From Proteromonas lacertae (lineage: Eukaryota), in contig NGBS01000605.1 in NCBI GenBank assembly GCA_002245135.1, positions 1 through 64,000 on the forward strand: DNA of 64,000 nt, in the 5' to 3' direction. Numbering within the stretch: the first letter of the stretch is position 1; each line of letters opens with the position of its first letter. A program made the position numbers and the translations under genes. The notes beneath the pieces are model-generated. The model was given only the letters and a program-made list of their open reading frames with translations. It ran no database searches and was not told where the DNA came from. Shown piece by piece: positions 13,905 through 25,139 of this stretch.

Positions 13905-15273
13905 ATGTCCAATGAAATTTATCCTTTATTTCACGAAGGCTCTTTAGAAAGACTACATCTTTCAAATCAAAAAGACTTAGAACCAATACTTTCTACAAAA
14001 GTTGCAAGTTATGATAAAGACCATTTTGATGATGTAATGAGAGAAATAATCCTAGCAGATGAAGATCCAAGCGACACTTACTGCTTTGTAGATTATAATT
14101 CTTTATATTATCAAATGCAAAAATGGTTCACACTATTCAAAGGCATTCAACCATTTTATGGTATATTTCAATCAATTTATATTCTAAAAACTAGCCGTGA
14201 AAGCATTACCAGATAAAGATATAGTTAAAATAATGGCAGATACAGGTTGTTTATGTTTTGACTGTGCAAGTATGGGTGAGATAGACTTAGTATTAAATGC
14301 AGGTGTAGAACCAAATCATATAATCTATGCCAATCCAATAAAGGTATATTCTCTTCTAATTATTATTATCATTATTAGCCTATTGAACATTTAAAATATG
14401 CAAAGAATCACAAAATTATATACATGACACTTGATAACATGGAAGAAGTAGATAAAATATCTAAAATATACAATGACAATACTGCACAATTAATAGTCCG
14501 TATAGGTGTAGATGATAGTCACTCAATTATCGCATTAGGATCCAAATTTGGTTGTTCTGTAGAGGAAGGCAAGGAGATTATCAAACATTGTAAAGATTTA
14601 AATCAAAATGTGGTTGGAGCGTCTTTTCATGTTGGTACAGGATGTGATGATGTAATGGCATGGCCTAAAGCATTGGCAAGTTTAAAGGAATTATTCGATT
14701 TTGGTAAAAGTTGTGGTTTTAATATGAAATACGTTGATATTGGTGGAGGATTCCCTGGTATTGAAGCTCATATCAAATGTGAAGATATTGAAAGAGAATT
14801 AAGGAAATCAGTTAATAGCTTGTTTGATGAGAATGAGATTGTAATTTTTGCAGAGCCAGGGAGATATTTTTGCGAACCAATTGTTACAATTTGTAGTATT
14901 TATATATAATTGTAATTAATTTATTTTTTGAATAGCTTATATTACGCAAGTTAAAAGTGGAAATGGTAAAATGATATATCGTCAGAATGAAGGTGTATTT
15001 GGTGTGTTTAAAGATCACGTTTTAGTTCATGCTGAATTTGTTCCAGAAGTATTGATATCTGACAATATTGATGGGGAAAAAGGTTTATGCACATTGTATG
15101 GGCCTACTTCAAATAAGAAAGATGTAATTTTTGAGAATTTAGAATTACCAAAATTAAATGTCAATGATTGGATATGTTATAAACGGTATGGAAGTTATAC
15201 AGTTAGTCTATCATCTGTTGACATATCTCACAATATAGTATTTTTAGTTGAAAAGAATGATGAAGAAAAATAA
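13905..15273 (+). CDS. Ornithine decarboxylase family protein (fold III PLP), 4 exons; C-terminal catalytic motif altered
   Basis: PFYAVKA (spliced), FDCAS, IIYANPIK, SFHVGTG, DIGGGFPG, AEPGRYF present. GPTSNKKD stands in place of GPTCDGLD. Confidence 0.85.
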
Positions 15274-15354
15274 TTATATATCTTTGTTTGTAATTGATGT
15301 ATGTGTGTATTAATAAATAAAAATAATCTAAAAATAAAAATACATAATAGAGTT

Positions 15355-16860
15355 TTATATTTTTAAAGAAAAAGTTGTTGGATTTCCATTTACACTCACA
15401 ATGACATTCAACTCACCATTTAAATTAACATTTAATTCAATGTTTATTTCCAAACTATCTTTCGGTTTTGGAGGAATTGAAATACAGAATTCACCTAATT
15501 TTATGTTATTCTTAGCATAATATTCTTCACCTTCATAAATTGCTATTATTGCTTTATCGGCATAATCACTATTATAAAAAATAAAAGACTTTGAAACTGG
15601 TAAAAATGATCCTTTCTCAATTAACGGTTTAAATATCCTATTATCATCTATATCAGTCTCTCCTTCTATTCCTAGTGAATGAGTTATAATATCATGTATT
15701 TTATATTCATTATCACCATCACATCCATTAATTATGTTATTAGCATAATAAGTAGCTCCTTCAGCTACAATTTCATCAGAATTTTTATCATTTAATATCT
15801 TTATTTTACTAAATTCAATATTTAAATAATCTTGAAGACATTTTATTCTACTTGAACCACCCACTAATATTATATTATTTATATCACTTTCTTTTAATTT
15901 TGCTTCATTTATAGTCGACTTTACAACTTCCACTGTTTTTTTAAACAATGGCAAGTTTATTTCATTGAATTTTGTAGCTGTTATTTCAATTTCCTCATCT
16001 TTTATATCAACTTCAGCATTATTTTTTAAACATAAATAACTTACTTTTGCTTCTTCACAACGCTTTCTTAATTTAGCAAGTTGATTTGATTTCAATTCGA
16101 ATTTTTCTTCTGTTGTTCTTTCATATTCTTCAATTACATAATTCATTATATTATTGGTTATATCTTGACCTCCTAAATGATCATCTCCACCTGTTCCTAA
16201 CACATAAATATCTTTTCCTTCCACTTCGATTATTGATACATCAAATGTTCCACCTCCAAAATCGTATATTAATATTTTCTTATTATTTAAGTCTACATCT
16301 TTATTAATATTATTATAGATATAAGCAATAGCAGCTGCTGTTGGTTCATTGATTAATCTCAATACATTAAAACCAGCCTTTTCTCCAGCTTCTCTTGTTT
16401 CTTTTCTTTGATTTGTAGAAAAATAAGCAGGCACAGTAATTACTGCATCCTTCACTAGAAAGCTTGGATTAGCAACTATTAAAGGTGAAAAATGTTTTTG
16501 AATAAACTGAAGAATATCAGTCGATACTTGTTTAGGACTAACGAATTTTGATTTTTTATCAAATTTTAATCTGAAAAATATATCACCTTCGCGACTACCT
16601 ATACAAAAAGGATAAACATTCAAATTATAACCTTTTAAATCTTTATCTTTTTTACCTAAAAATCTTTTTGCATCAATTATTGGAGTCCCTTTATCTTTTG
16701 TGCTAATAGCAGCAACTCCTACTAACACAGTTCCATCTTCTTTATATTTTACAGTAGAGGGAAAAGTACTATCATAGCTTTCATAATTACCTAACTTTAT
16801 CCAACCAACACTACAATAGGTTGTCCCTAAATCTATGCCTACAGCATATTTTTTATTCAT
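15355..16860 (-). CDS. Divergent lidless Hsp70, array copy 1 (intronless)
   Basis: GIDLGTT, DAKR, ITVPAYF, INEPTAAA, DFGGGTFD, LVGGSSRI, YEGE. Ends at the end of the beta-sandwich. Confidence 0.93.
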   Translation of the reverse strand: MNKKYAVGIDLGTTYCSVGWIKLGNYESYDSTFPSTVKYKEDGTVLVGVAAISTKDKGTPIIDAKRFLGKKDKDLKGYNLNVYPFCIGSREGDIFFRLKFDKKSKFVSPKQVSTDILQFIQKHFSPLIVANPSFLVKDAVITVPAYFSTNQRKETREAGEKAGFNVLRLINEPTAAAIAYIYNNINKDVDLNNKKILIYDFGGGTFDVSIIEVEGKDIYVLGTGGDDHLGGQDITNNIMNYVIEEYERTTEEKFELKSNQLAKLRKRCEEAKVSYLCLKNNAEVDIKDEEIEITATKFNEINLPLFKKTVEVVKSTINEAKLKESDINNIILVGGSSRIKCLQDYLNIEFSKIKILNDKNSDEIVAEGATYYANNIINGCDGDNEYKIHDIITHSLGIEGETDIDDNRIFKPLIEKGSFLPVSKSFIFYNSDYADKAIIAIYEGEEYYAKNNIKLGEFCISIPPKPKDSLEINIELNVNLNGELNVIVSVNGNPTTFSLKI

Positions 16861-16989
16861 TTTTTAAAATCCACTCAAACCTTTTGCTTGATATTTTATT
16901 TTGAAAATTAACATAGATAAATGCTTCTGCAATATTTATTCATAAACTAATATATAATATCAATAGAATATTTAAATAGGATAATAAAT

Positions 16990-18471
16990 TCATAGCTTAA
17001 ATAATTTTTTATTAGTATCTGTGTGATTTACAGTGTAAGTAACCTTTAAAACTCCATCAATATCAATATACATACTTACATCAATAGCAATTGTATTAGC
17101 TTTATCTTTTGGAATATTCACCTCAATTTTATCAATTCTGACATTATTCTTTGTGTTGTTATTTTCTCCTTCGTATATCTTTATTACAGCTTTTGATGAT
17201 TGTTCACCATTAAAGAAAGTATAAGTTGCTTGAGCTGGGAGTTGACTTCCTTTCTTTAACACTTTAAACATTATATGATCTTCTTTTTCATCTGCTACTT
17301 CAACTCCAATTGAATGACTTAAAATATCATGAATTCTATAAGTGGTTTTATTGTTTATTAAATCATCAGCAAAATAGGAAGCACCTTGACAAACTATATA
17401 ATTTGTATTTATCTCACTTTTTATATTCATTTTAAATTCATTTCTCAACATGTTCTGTAAAGTGATTAATCTACTTGTTCCACCGACTAAAATCATATAA
17501 TCAATATTTCTTTCAGTTAAATCTGTTGATTTAATTGCTCTTTTAACCACTTCGATACTTTTTTTGAATAGATCTTCATTCAGTTTTTTAAAATTAGGTT
17601 CTGTTATTTCAACTGAATATTCTTCATCATCAAATTCCATTTCAATAACTGCATTTGTCCCTAAACATAACATAGTTATTTTTTGTTCTTCACAGTTATT
17701 TCTTAAATTGTGTATTCTATTATCATTCCATTTTATATCAGTACATTGCTTATTTAATTCATCTTTTACATAATTCATCATTCTATTAGTTATATCTTGA
17801 CCTCCTAAATGATCATCTCCATCTGTTCCTAACACATAAATATCTTTACCACTTACTTTAACAATAGAAACATCAAATGTTCCACCTCCAAAATCGTATA
17901 TTAATATAGTTTTGCCATTTAAATCCAATTTATAAGTATTATCATAACAATAAGCAATAGCTGCTGCTGTTGGTTCATTGATTAATCTCAATACATTAAA
18001 ACCAGCCTTTTCTCCAGCTTCTCTTGTTTCTTTTCTTTGATTTGCAGAAAAATTAGCAGGTACAGTGATTACAGCATCTTTGATTTGAAAATCAGGTTGA
18101 ATATATGGAGATGATGTTGCATAAACGAATTTTAAGATTTCTTCTGTCACTGCCTCTGGAGATTTATAGTCATTATTACCTATTTCATAATATGGTTTCT
18201 GTCCAATTCTAACCATAGTAAAAGGATAGACTTTAAAGTCATATTCACCAATATCGTTAACCAACTTGCCAATAAATCTTTTTGAATCACATAAAGCATA
18301 ATATTTATCTTTTTGTAAATTTGTAGCAGCCATACCAACTCTAATACAATCAGACTTGTATTTTACAGCTGAAGGGAATTCTTTTTCTTTTGCAAATAAA
18401 TTATCTGCTTTTTTAATCCATCCATAGCATGTAAATGTTGTTCCTAAATCTATACCTAAACAATATGACAT
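16990..18471 (-). CDS. Divergent lidless Hsp70, array copy 2 (intronless)
   Basis: Same Hsp70 motifs; likely start is MSYCLGIDLGTT at 18471. Confidence 0.93.
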   Translation of the reverse strand: MSYCLGIDLGTTFTCYGWIKKADNLFAKEKEFPSAVKYKSDCIRVGMAATNLQKDKYYALCDSKRFIGKLVNDIGEYDFKVYPFTMVRIGQKPYYEIGNNDYKSPEAVTEEILKFVYATSSPYIQPDFQIKDAVITVPANFSANQRKETREAGEKAGFNVLRLINEPTAAAIAYCYDNTYKLDLNGKTILIYDFGGGTFDVSIVKVSGKDIYVLGTDGDDHLGGQDITNRMMNYVKDELNKQCTDIKWNDNRIHNLRNNCEEQKITMLCLGTNAVIEMEFDDEEYSVEITEPNFKKLNEDLFKKSIEVVKRAIKSTDLTERNIDYMILVGGTSRLITLQNMLRNEFKMNIKSEINTNYIVCQGASYFADDLINNKTTYRIHDILSHSIGVEVADEKEDHIMFKVLKKGSQLPAQATYTFFNGEQSSKAVIKIYEGENNNTKNNVRIDKIEVNIPKDKANTIAIDVSMYIDIDGVLKVTYTVNHTDTNKKLFKL

Positions 18472-18623
18472 TGTGCAGTATTTTTTAAATCTCAAACATA
18501 TTTGATATTTTCAAAGGTTTTATTTAGCAGTACAGACATCAAAATGAATGTTTAAAATGATTATAAGAATATTTTTATTATTAATTTCTTATATTTACTT
18601 AATTAACTAGAAATTCAATTCAA

Positions 18624-20132
18624 TCAAAGATTTGTAATTTTCATACTTGTTTCTTCTCCATTTAACCTAGCAGTTACTTTCAACACACCATCGGTATCCA
18701 CATCCATACTAATCGATATCTTAATCTTTCCTATTTTCTTTTTTTCTAAAGCTACTTCAAATTGACCTAACATTATATTATCACAAGATTCTTCTTCATC
18801 TCCTTCTAATACTCGAATTACAGCTTTATCTGCATAATCACCATTACAAAATTCAAATTCAGTATGTTGAGGTAACATTGATCCTTTTGTAATTAATTTC
18901 CTCATTACTCTTCTTCCTCTTTTTTGTTCAGTTTCAATTCCAAGCGAATGATTTAAAATATCATGAATAATATATTTATCTCCTGATTTTCTTAATATTG
19001 AATCAGCATAATAAGCAGCACCTTCTGCTACAGCTTCTTCTGGATTAATATCACTTAATATTTCTATTGTTTCAAATTTCTTTTTCAATAATTCTTTCAC
19101 ATATTTTATTTGACTTGAACCACCTATTAACACTATCATATCTACATCTGATTCTTTCATATTTGATTGTTTTATGGTTTTCTTAACTACATTAACTGTT
19201 CTTTCAAACAATTGATAATTGATTTCCTTAAATATTGCATAAGTTATATGAATTGTCAATTCTTCATCACTGTCACCAAAGGATATTTCAACTTCACCAT
19301 TTTGCCCTTGTCCTAAATTGGTAACTTTTGCGTCTTCACATCTTTTCTTCAATTTATATAACCTCCTTCTATCATTCTTTACATCTATATGTTTTATTTC
19401 CCTTATTTCATTTATACAATAGTCTAATAAATTATTGGTTATATCTTGACCTCCTAAATGATCATCTCCACCTGTTCCTAACACATAAATATCTTTTCCT
19501 TCCACTTCGATTATTGATACATCAAATGTTCCACCTCCAAAATCGTATATTAATATTTTCTTATTATTTAAGTCTTTTTTACTTAAATTATCATAACAAT
19601 AAGCAATAGCAGCTGCTGTTGGTTCATTGATTAATCTCAATACATTAAAACCAGCCTTTTCTCCAGCTTCTCTTGTTTCTTTTCTTTGATTTGTAGAAAA
19701 ATAAGCAGGTACAGTGATTACTACATCTTTTATATGAAACTTTGGATCTGAAGATATATAAGGCGTATATATATCATATATAAACTTCAAAAGATATGTA
19801 GAAATCTCTGTTGGTGTTTTATTTACTGTCTTATTATTTATATTACATTCATACATTGGATTATTATTAACATTTACAATATTGAAAGGATATAATGAAA
19901 AGTCAAAGTCTTTTAATTCTTTAAATTTCTTTCCAATGAATCGTTTAGAATCATATCTCGGATAATTAGTATCTTTAACACCACAAGGAGTAGCAGCTAC
20001 TCCACATTTCACTTCATTTCCTACAAATTTAATTTGAGCAGGAAATGGTTCTTTAAAATTCACTTTACCTTCTCTAATCCATCCTACACATAGATAAGTT
20101 GTTCCTAAATCAATTCCAATAGAATAACTCAT
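18624..20132 (-). CDS. Divergent lidless Hsp70, array copy 3 (intronless)
   Basis: Same Hsp70 motifs; NPEEAVAEGAA; 502 aa. Confidence 0.93.
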   Translation of the reverse strand: MSYSIGIDLGTTYLCVGWIREGKVNFKEPFPAQIKFVGNEVKCGVAATPCGVKDTNYPRYDSKRFIGKKFKELKDFDFSLYPFNIVNVNNNPMYECNINNKTVNKTPTEISTYLLKFIYDIYTPYISSDPKFHIKDVVITVPAYFSTNQRKETREAGEKAGFNVLRLINEPTAAAIAYCYDNLSKKDLNNKKILIYDFGGGTFDVSIIEVEGKDIYVLGTGGDDHLGGQDITNNLLDYCINEIREIKHIDVKNDRRRLYKLKKRCEDAKVTNLGQGQNGEVEISFGDSDEELTIHITYAIFKEINYQLFERTVNVVKKTIKQSNMKESDVDMIVLIGGSSQIKYVKELLKKKFETIEILSDINPEEAVAEGAAYYADSILRKSGDKYIIHDILNHSLGIETEQKRGRRVMRKLITKGSMLPQHTEFEFCNGDYADKAVIRVLEGDEEESCDNIMLGQFEVALEKKKIGKIKISISMDVDTDGVLKVTARLNGEETSMKITNL

Positions 20133-20244
20133 CTCGTTAACTTTAAACTTTAAACTTTAAAATGAAAAAAAAAGATTTGGCTTGATTGTTTTTAAATTTA
20201 AATTTACACAACAATATGATGAAAATATTATTACTAATTATCTC

Positions 20245-21750
20245 TTAAATATTTATTCTTATATTTGCTGGCTTATCATTTGCATTAGCAGTAACAGTTA
20301 AAACACCATCTAAATCTATCGCAAATGTCACTTCAATACTTACTTCACCAGCTCTTTTCCTAGGTATTTCAATTTTGAACTGTCCAATCTTAGTACATTT
20401 ATAAACTTCAGTATGTTCACCTTCATAAATATTCAAAATTGCATCTGGAGCTTGATCTTGATTATTAAACGTTTGTGTTTTCTTACATGGCAAAATGGAA
20501 TTCTTTTTCAACATAGGAACCATCTGACCATAACGTCCATTTTTAAAACCTTCTAATCCAATAGTATGGTTTAAAATATCATGAATAATATACTGTTGTG
20601 AAGCCTCTCTTGTCATTAATGAATTTGCAAAATAAGCTGCTCCTTTAGCTACAGCTTCATCTGGATTAATTTTCTTATAGATTGGAACATTGAATGTATC
20701 CTTCAATAGTTTTTCAACCCTTGGGATCTTACTACTTCCACCTACTAACACTATACAATCTAATTTCCTCTTAGATGGATCAGATATTTGGTTAATTGCT
20801 CTTTGAACAATTTCTATTGTTCGCTTATAGTATTTTTCACATAAATTATCCATTAATGAACGCGATATTTTTATTGTATCATCACCCATAGCTATATCAT
20901 ATTCAAATGTAGTTGATAATTGAACTTTAGCTTCATTTACATTATTTCTTAAACGACTTACTTTTTTAATCATTTTTACATCTGTTGAATTAACATCCAG
21001 ATTAATGCCAAAATCTTGAATTGCTTTTTGAATGCAATAATCCAATACACATTTGGTTATATCTTGACCTCCTAAATGGTTATCTCCGTCTGTTGATAAA
21101 ACTGTTATTTCATTATTCACAACTTCAATTATTGACACATCAAATGTTCCACCTCCAAAATCATATACCAATATTCTTGAATTGGATTTATTTACTCCGT
21201 TTTCAAACACATAAGCTACAGCTGCTGCTGTTGGTTCATTGATTAATCTTAATATATTTAATTTAGCTTTTTCACCAGCTTCTTTTGTTGCTTTTCTTTG
21301 GCTATTGCTGAAATATGCTGGTACTGTAATAACAACATTGTTTATTTTATCTCCTGGTAATCTTTGTATTGCTCTTTCGAATATATACTTCAACACTTCT
21401 GAAGATACTTCTACTGGTGTTTTTGTAATATCAGAAAATGAATAAACTGGGTTGTTATCTTGATCTATTATCTGAAATGGACAGCTTGAGAAATATGATT
21501 TATCTATTGTGTCATACTTCTTGCCTATCAATCTTTTTGAATCGTATAAAATTCCAGGGCTACCTTTCACCATGTTATTCTCTGCAGCTGCTCCAACGAT
21601 AATTTTATTTTTCACTAAATCAAAATGAACTATTGAAGGAAATGTTGACTTACCCACATCTGAATCGATCATTTCTACCTTATCGTTATTAAAAAATGCA
21701 GCACATGAGAATGTTGTGCCCAGATCAATACCAAATGAGTTGACTGACAT
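20245..21750 (-). CDS. Lidless Hsp70, array copy 4 (most canonical; intronless)
   Basis: GIDLGTTFS, VGGSSKIP.V, INPDEAVAKGAA, IYEGE, IEVTFAIDLDGVLTVTA. Likely start MSVNSFG at 21750. Confidence 0.94.
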   Translation of the reverse strand: MSVNSFGIDLGTTFSCAAFFNNDKVEMIDSDVGKSTFPSIVHFDLVKNKIIVGAAAENNMVKGSPGILYDSKRLIGKKYDTIDKSYFSSCPFQIIDQDNNPVYSFSDITKTPVEVSSEVLKYIFERAIQRLPGDKINNVVITVPAYFSNSQRKATKEAGEKAKLNILRLINEPTAAAVAYVFENGVNKSNSRILVYDFGGGTFDVSIIEVVNNEITVLSTDGDNHLGGQDITKCVLDYCIQKAIQDFGINLDVNSTDVKMIKKVSRLRNNVNEAKVQLSTTFEYDIAMGDDTIKISRSLMDNLCEKYYKRTIEIVQRAINQISDPSKRKLDCIVLVGGSSKIPRVEKLLKDTFNVPIYKKINPDEAVAKGAAYFANSLMTREASQQYIIHDILNHTIGLEGFKNGRYGQMVPMLKKNSILPCKKTQTFNNQDQAPDAILNIYEGEHTEVYKCTKIGQFKIEIPRKRAGEVSIEVTFAIDLDGVLTVTANANDKPANIRINI

Positions 21751-21858
21751 AAAAATGAGAAAACTAGTTTTGGAAGTTTTAAGCCTCACATACTCAGTTT
21801 AATAACTTTTGCTTATTAAAATAGCCTCAGATACCAAAATTACACTAGAAGTAAATTC

Positions 21859-23403
21859 ATGCCAGGTATGAAAGTAGTTGACCCATGGTCGATGGGTATT
21901 GATCTAGGTACCACATTCTGTTGTTTGGCCTTTTGGAAGATGGGAAAAGTAACACCCATTCAGATTAATGGTAAAAGATCCATTCCCTCGATGGTGAGTT
22001 ACTTTGAAAAAAACAATAATACGGCATGTGGAGATGTAGCACAAGCACAACTCTCAAATAAAGATAAAACTGTACTTTTTGATGCAAAGAGATATATAGG
22101 TAAAAAATGGACTGATGTACATCAAGATGAGATGAAATATTATCCATTTGACTTAATAGACAATGATGGAATGGTTGGATATAAATTAATTTACAACAAT
22201 GAAGAAAAAATATTAACACCTATAGATATATCAGCTGAATTATTAAAATTTTTCCAATCATCATCATCCCCATTAATAACAGCAGATCCTCCAGATTACA
22301 AAATCACTGATGTAGTCATAACAGTACCAGCTTATTTTAGGAGTGATGAAAAAGATGCCACAAGAAAAGCAGCTGAAAAGGCTGGTTTACACTTATTAGC
22401 ATTGTTGCCAGAACCAACAGCAGCTGCTATCTCTTATGTTCATGGTAATCAGTTAACCAATGATACATTATTAGTATATGATTTTGGTGGAGGTACTTTC
22501 GATGTGTCAGTGATTGAGGTAAAAGGTAAGGATATTACTGTATTAGGAACAGGTGGAGATGATCATTTAGGAGGTCAAGATATAACTACAAATCTCATTG
22601 AATATGTAGTAAATAAAATTAGAACTGAGAAAGGTTACGATTTAACCAAAAATCAAAAGAAAATTGGTAAACTAAGAAAAGAATTGGATGAAGCAAAGAT
22701 AAATTTATCCCTTACTACAGAAGCTGAAATCAATGTGACAATCCCTGGTGAAGAAGATGAAATAGCAGTTACTATAACACGAAGTTTATTTGAGCAATTA
22801 AATCAAAGATTATTCGAAAAAACAATCGAAATTGTGAAAAATACATTAAACGATGTAGAAATTCCACATAAAGATTTAAAACATGTTGTTTTAGTAGGTG
22901 GAAGTAGTAAAATCCCAAAAGTGAATGATTTATTAAAAATCAATTTCCCGAATGTAACTATCCATCGAGATATCGATCCAGAAGAAGCTGTAGGTACTGG
23001 TGCTGCTTTCTATGCTAATTTAGTGAAGACAGGAAATAATCCATACAGATTATTAACACGAAGTGCACAAAAGCTTGAACATTCATTAGGTATTGAATAT
23101 GTAAGTCCATTAAATCCACATAGTATGTTAGTATTCTTAAAACAAGGTGCTAGAATTCCATGTTTATTGAATAAGAATATTGCTTTACCTCCTGGTAGTA
23201 TTAGCTTGACAATGGATGTATTTAGTGGTGAATCAGTTAGTACTAAGAATAACACATTAATTATACCTGAATATGTAGTACAGTTGATTAAAGGTGCTAA
23301 ATCTGTTGATATTGCGTTTGAGATTAATAATGAGAATATTTTGACTGTTACTGTAAAGTGTAATGGTGAAGTATTGTCTACTAAGAAGCAAGCTCTTAAT
23401 TAA
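21859..23403 (+). CDS. Lidless Hsp70, array copy 5 (intronless), head-to-head with copy 4
   Basis: GIDLGTT, DAKR, LPEPTAAA, DFGGGTFD, VGGSSKIP, DPEEAV; divergent beta-sandwich. Confidence 0.93.
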   Translation: MPGMKVVDPWSMGIDLGTTFCCLAFWKMGKVTPIQINGKRSIPSMVSYFEKNNNTACGDVAQAQLSNKDKTVLFDAKRYIGKKWTDVHQDEMKYYPFDLIDNDGMVGYKLIYNNEEKILTPIDISAELLKFFQSSSSPLITADPPDYKITDVVITVPAYFRSDEKDATRKAAEKAGLHLLALLPEPTAAAISYVHGNQLTNDTLLVYDFGGGTFDVSVIEVKGKDITVLGTGGDDHLGGQDITTNLIEYVVNKIRTEKGYDLTKNQKKIGKLRKELDEAKINLSLTTEAEINVTIPGEEDEIAVTITRSLFEQLNQRLFEKTIEIVKNTLNDVEIPHKDLKHVVLVGGSSKIPKVNDLLKINFPNVTIHRDIDPEEAVGTGAAFYANLVKTGNNPYRLLTRSAQKLEHSLGIEYVSPLNPHSMLVFLKQGARIPCLLNKNIALPPGSISLTMDVFSGESVSTKNNTLIIPEYVVQLIKGAKSVDIAFEINNENILTVTVKCNGEVLSTKKQALN

Positions 23404-23475
23404 TTATAATATATTTGTTTTTTTATGTAAAAACAGCAAAAAGTAGTTTTTTTTTTATTTATGTAAATTTGATTA

Positions 23476-24987
23476 ATGAGTTATACTTTTGGTATAGACC
23501 TTGGAACTACATTTACATGTGTTGAATGGATATTTAATAACACATATAAATCGTCTGAAAAACCATTCCCTTCAGCTGTTCGAATAATTGATAGAAAAAA
23601 TGAAACATATGGTGTTGCTGCTATATCTGCTTCTATAAATAATAAATGCTATCCATTCATAGATTCAAAGAGATTTATTGGTAAAAGATTTGAAGATTGT
23701 GATTTTGAAAATTGTGACTATCCTTTTGAAATAGTTAATGACAAAGGTTACCCTAAGTATAAAAAAGAGTTTTATAACGGTGAAGTTAAACTATATTCAC
23801 CAAAAGACATTTCTACAAAGATTTTAGAATATGTATATGATACATTTAGAAAGTATGTAGATCCAAATCCAAATTTTTATATGAAAGATGTTGTTATTAC
23901 AGTTCCTGCTAAGTTCTCAACAAGTCAAAGAATAGAGACAAGAAAAGCAGGTGAAGAAGCTGGTTTTAATGTATTGAGATTAATAAATGAACCAACAGCT
24001 GCTGCATTAGCATATATCTATGATAAAGGATTATATGAAAAATTGAATAACAAAACTATTTTAATATACGATTTTGGAGGTGGAACATTTGATGTTGCTA
24101 TAATTGAAATAAGAGATAAAGATATTTATGTAAAAGCAACAGGTGGAGATGAGCACTTAGGAGGTCAAGATATAACCAATAACATAATGAAATGTGTTTT
24201 AGAAGAATATAAAAATAAGTTAATTGAATATGAAAATAATGGTTTAATTGGTGAAAAGACAATATTTAGATTAAGAAAAAGATGTGATGAAGCTAAAATC
24301 ACAAGTTTAAGTTTAAAAAGAGATGCAGAAATCGATATGAGTAATGATATTGTAATACCTATATCATATGCAAAGATGGTTGAAATAAATAGATTATTGT
24401 TTGAAAGATCAATAGATGTAGTAAAAGATACAATGCATTATGCAAATTTAAATAAATCAGCTATAGATAAAGTAATATTAGTTGGTGGAAGTAGCAAAAT
24501 CAAATATGTTGAGGAGTTGTTAAATAAAGAGTTTGGAGAAGATAAATTATTATCTCAGTTAGATAAAGAAAGAGTAGTTTCAATAGGGGCTGCATATTAT
24601 GCAGATTCTATTAAGAATTATAGATATGATTCTTTCAGAATTCATGATATAGTCAATCATAGTTTAGGTATTGAATGTGAAACTGAAGATGGTAGAAAGA
24701 ATGTAATGCAAATATTGATTAATAGAGGTTGTAGTTTGCCTGCTACAGGTTCATTTACTTTCTATAACGGAAATTATTCATCTACAGGATGTGTAAATAT
24801 TTATGAAGGTGAAAATGATTGTACTTTAAATAATACATTTTTAAGTAAGTATATTGTTCCTTTGGAAATGAAGAAAGCTGGTGAGATTGCTATTGAAATA
24901 ATTCTCTCTGTTGATAATGACGGTATATTAACAGTAACTGCTAAATGTAATGGAAGGAATACTGAAGTGAGAAAAGAAGACAATTAA
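23476..24987 (+). CDS. Divergent lidless Hsp70, array copy 6 (intronless)
   Basis: Hsp70 motifs; closest paralogue of copy 7. Confidence 0.93.
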   Translation: MSYTFGIDLGTTFTCVEWIFNNTYKSSEKPFPSAVRIIDRKNETYGVAAISASINNKCYPFIDSKRFIGKRFEDCDFENCDYPFEIVNDKGYPKYKKEFYNGEVKLYSPKDISTKILEYVYDTFRKYVDPNPNFYMKDVVITVPAKFSTSQRIETRKAGEEAGFNVLRLINEPTAAALAYIYDKGLYEKLNNKTILIYDFGGGTFDVAIIEIRDKDIYVKATGGDEHLGGQDITNNIMKCVLEEYKNKLIEYENNGLIGEKTIFRLRKRCDEAKITSLSLKRDAEIDMSNDIVIPISYAKMVEINRLLFERSIDVVKDTMHYANLNKSAIDKVILVGGSSKIKYVEELLNKEFGEDKLLSQLDKERVVSIGAAYYADSIKNYRYDSFRIHDIVNHSLGIECETEDGRKNVMQILINRGCSLPATGSFTFYNGNYSSTGCVNIYEGENDCTLNNTFLSKYIVPLEMKKAGEIAIEIILSVDNDGILTVTAKCNGRNTEVRKEDN

Positions 24988-25139
24988 CAACTAATGTTTT
25001 CATATTTCATGCTGGAAAGATAAAATAATACAACAATAAAACATAAAATTATTTTATTGATACAATACCTACTCACTTTTACTTTGTTTTTCAAAAAAAA
25101 AAAAGTGAACTTGGTGCATTTTTCGCTTAGATTTAAAAA

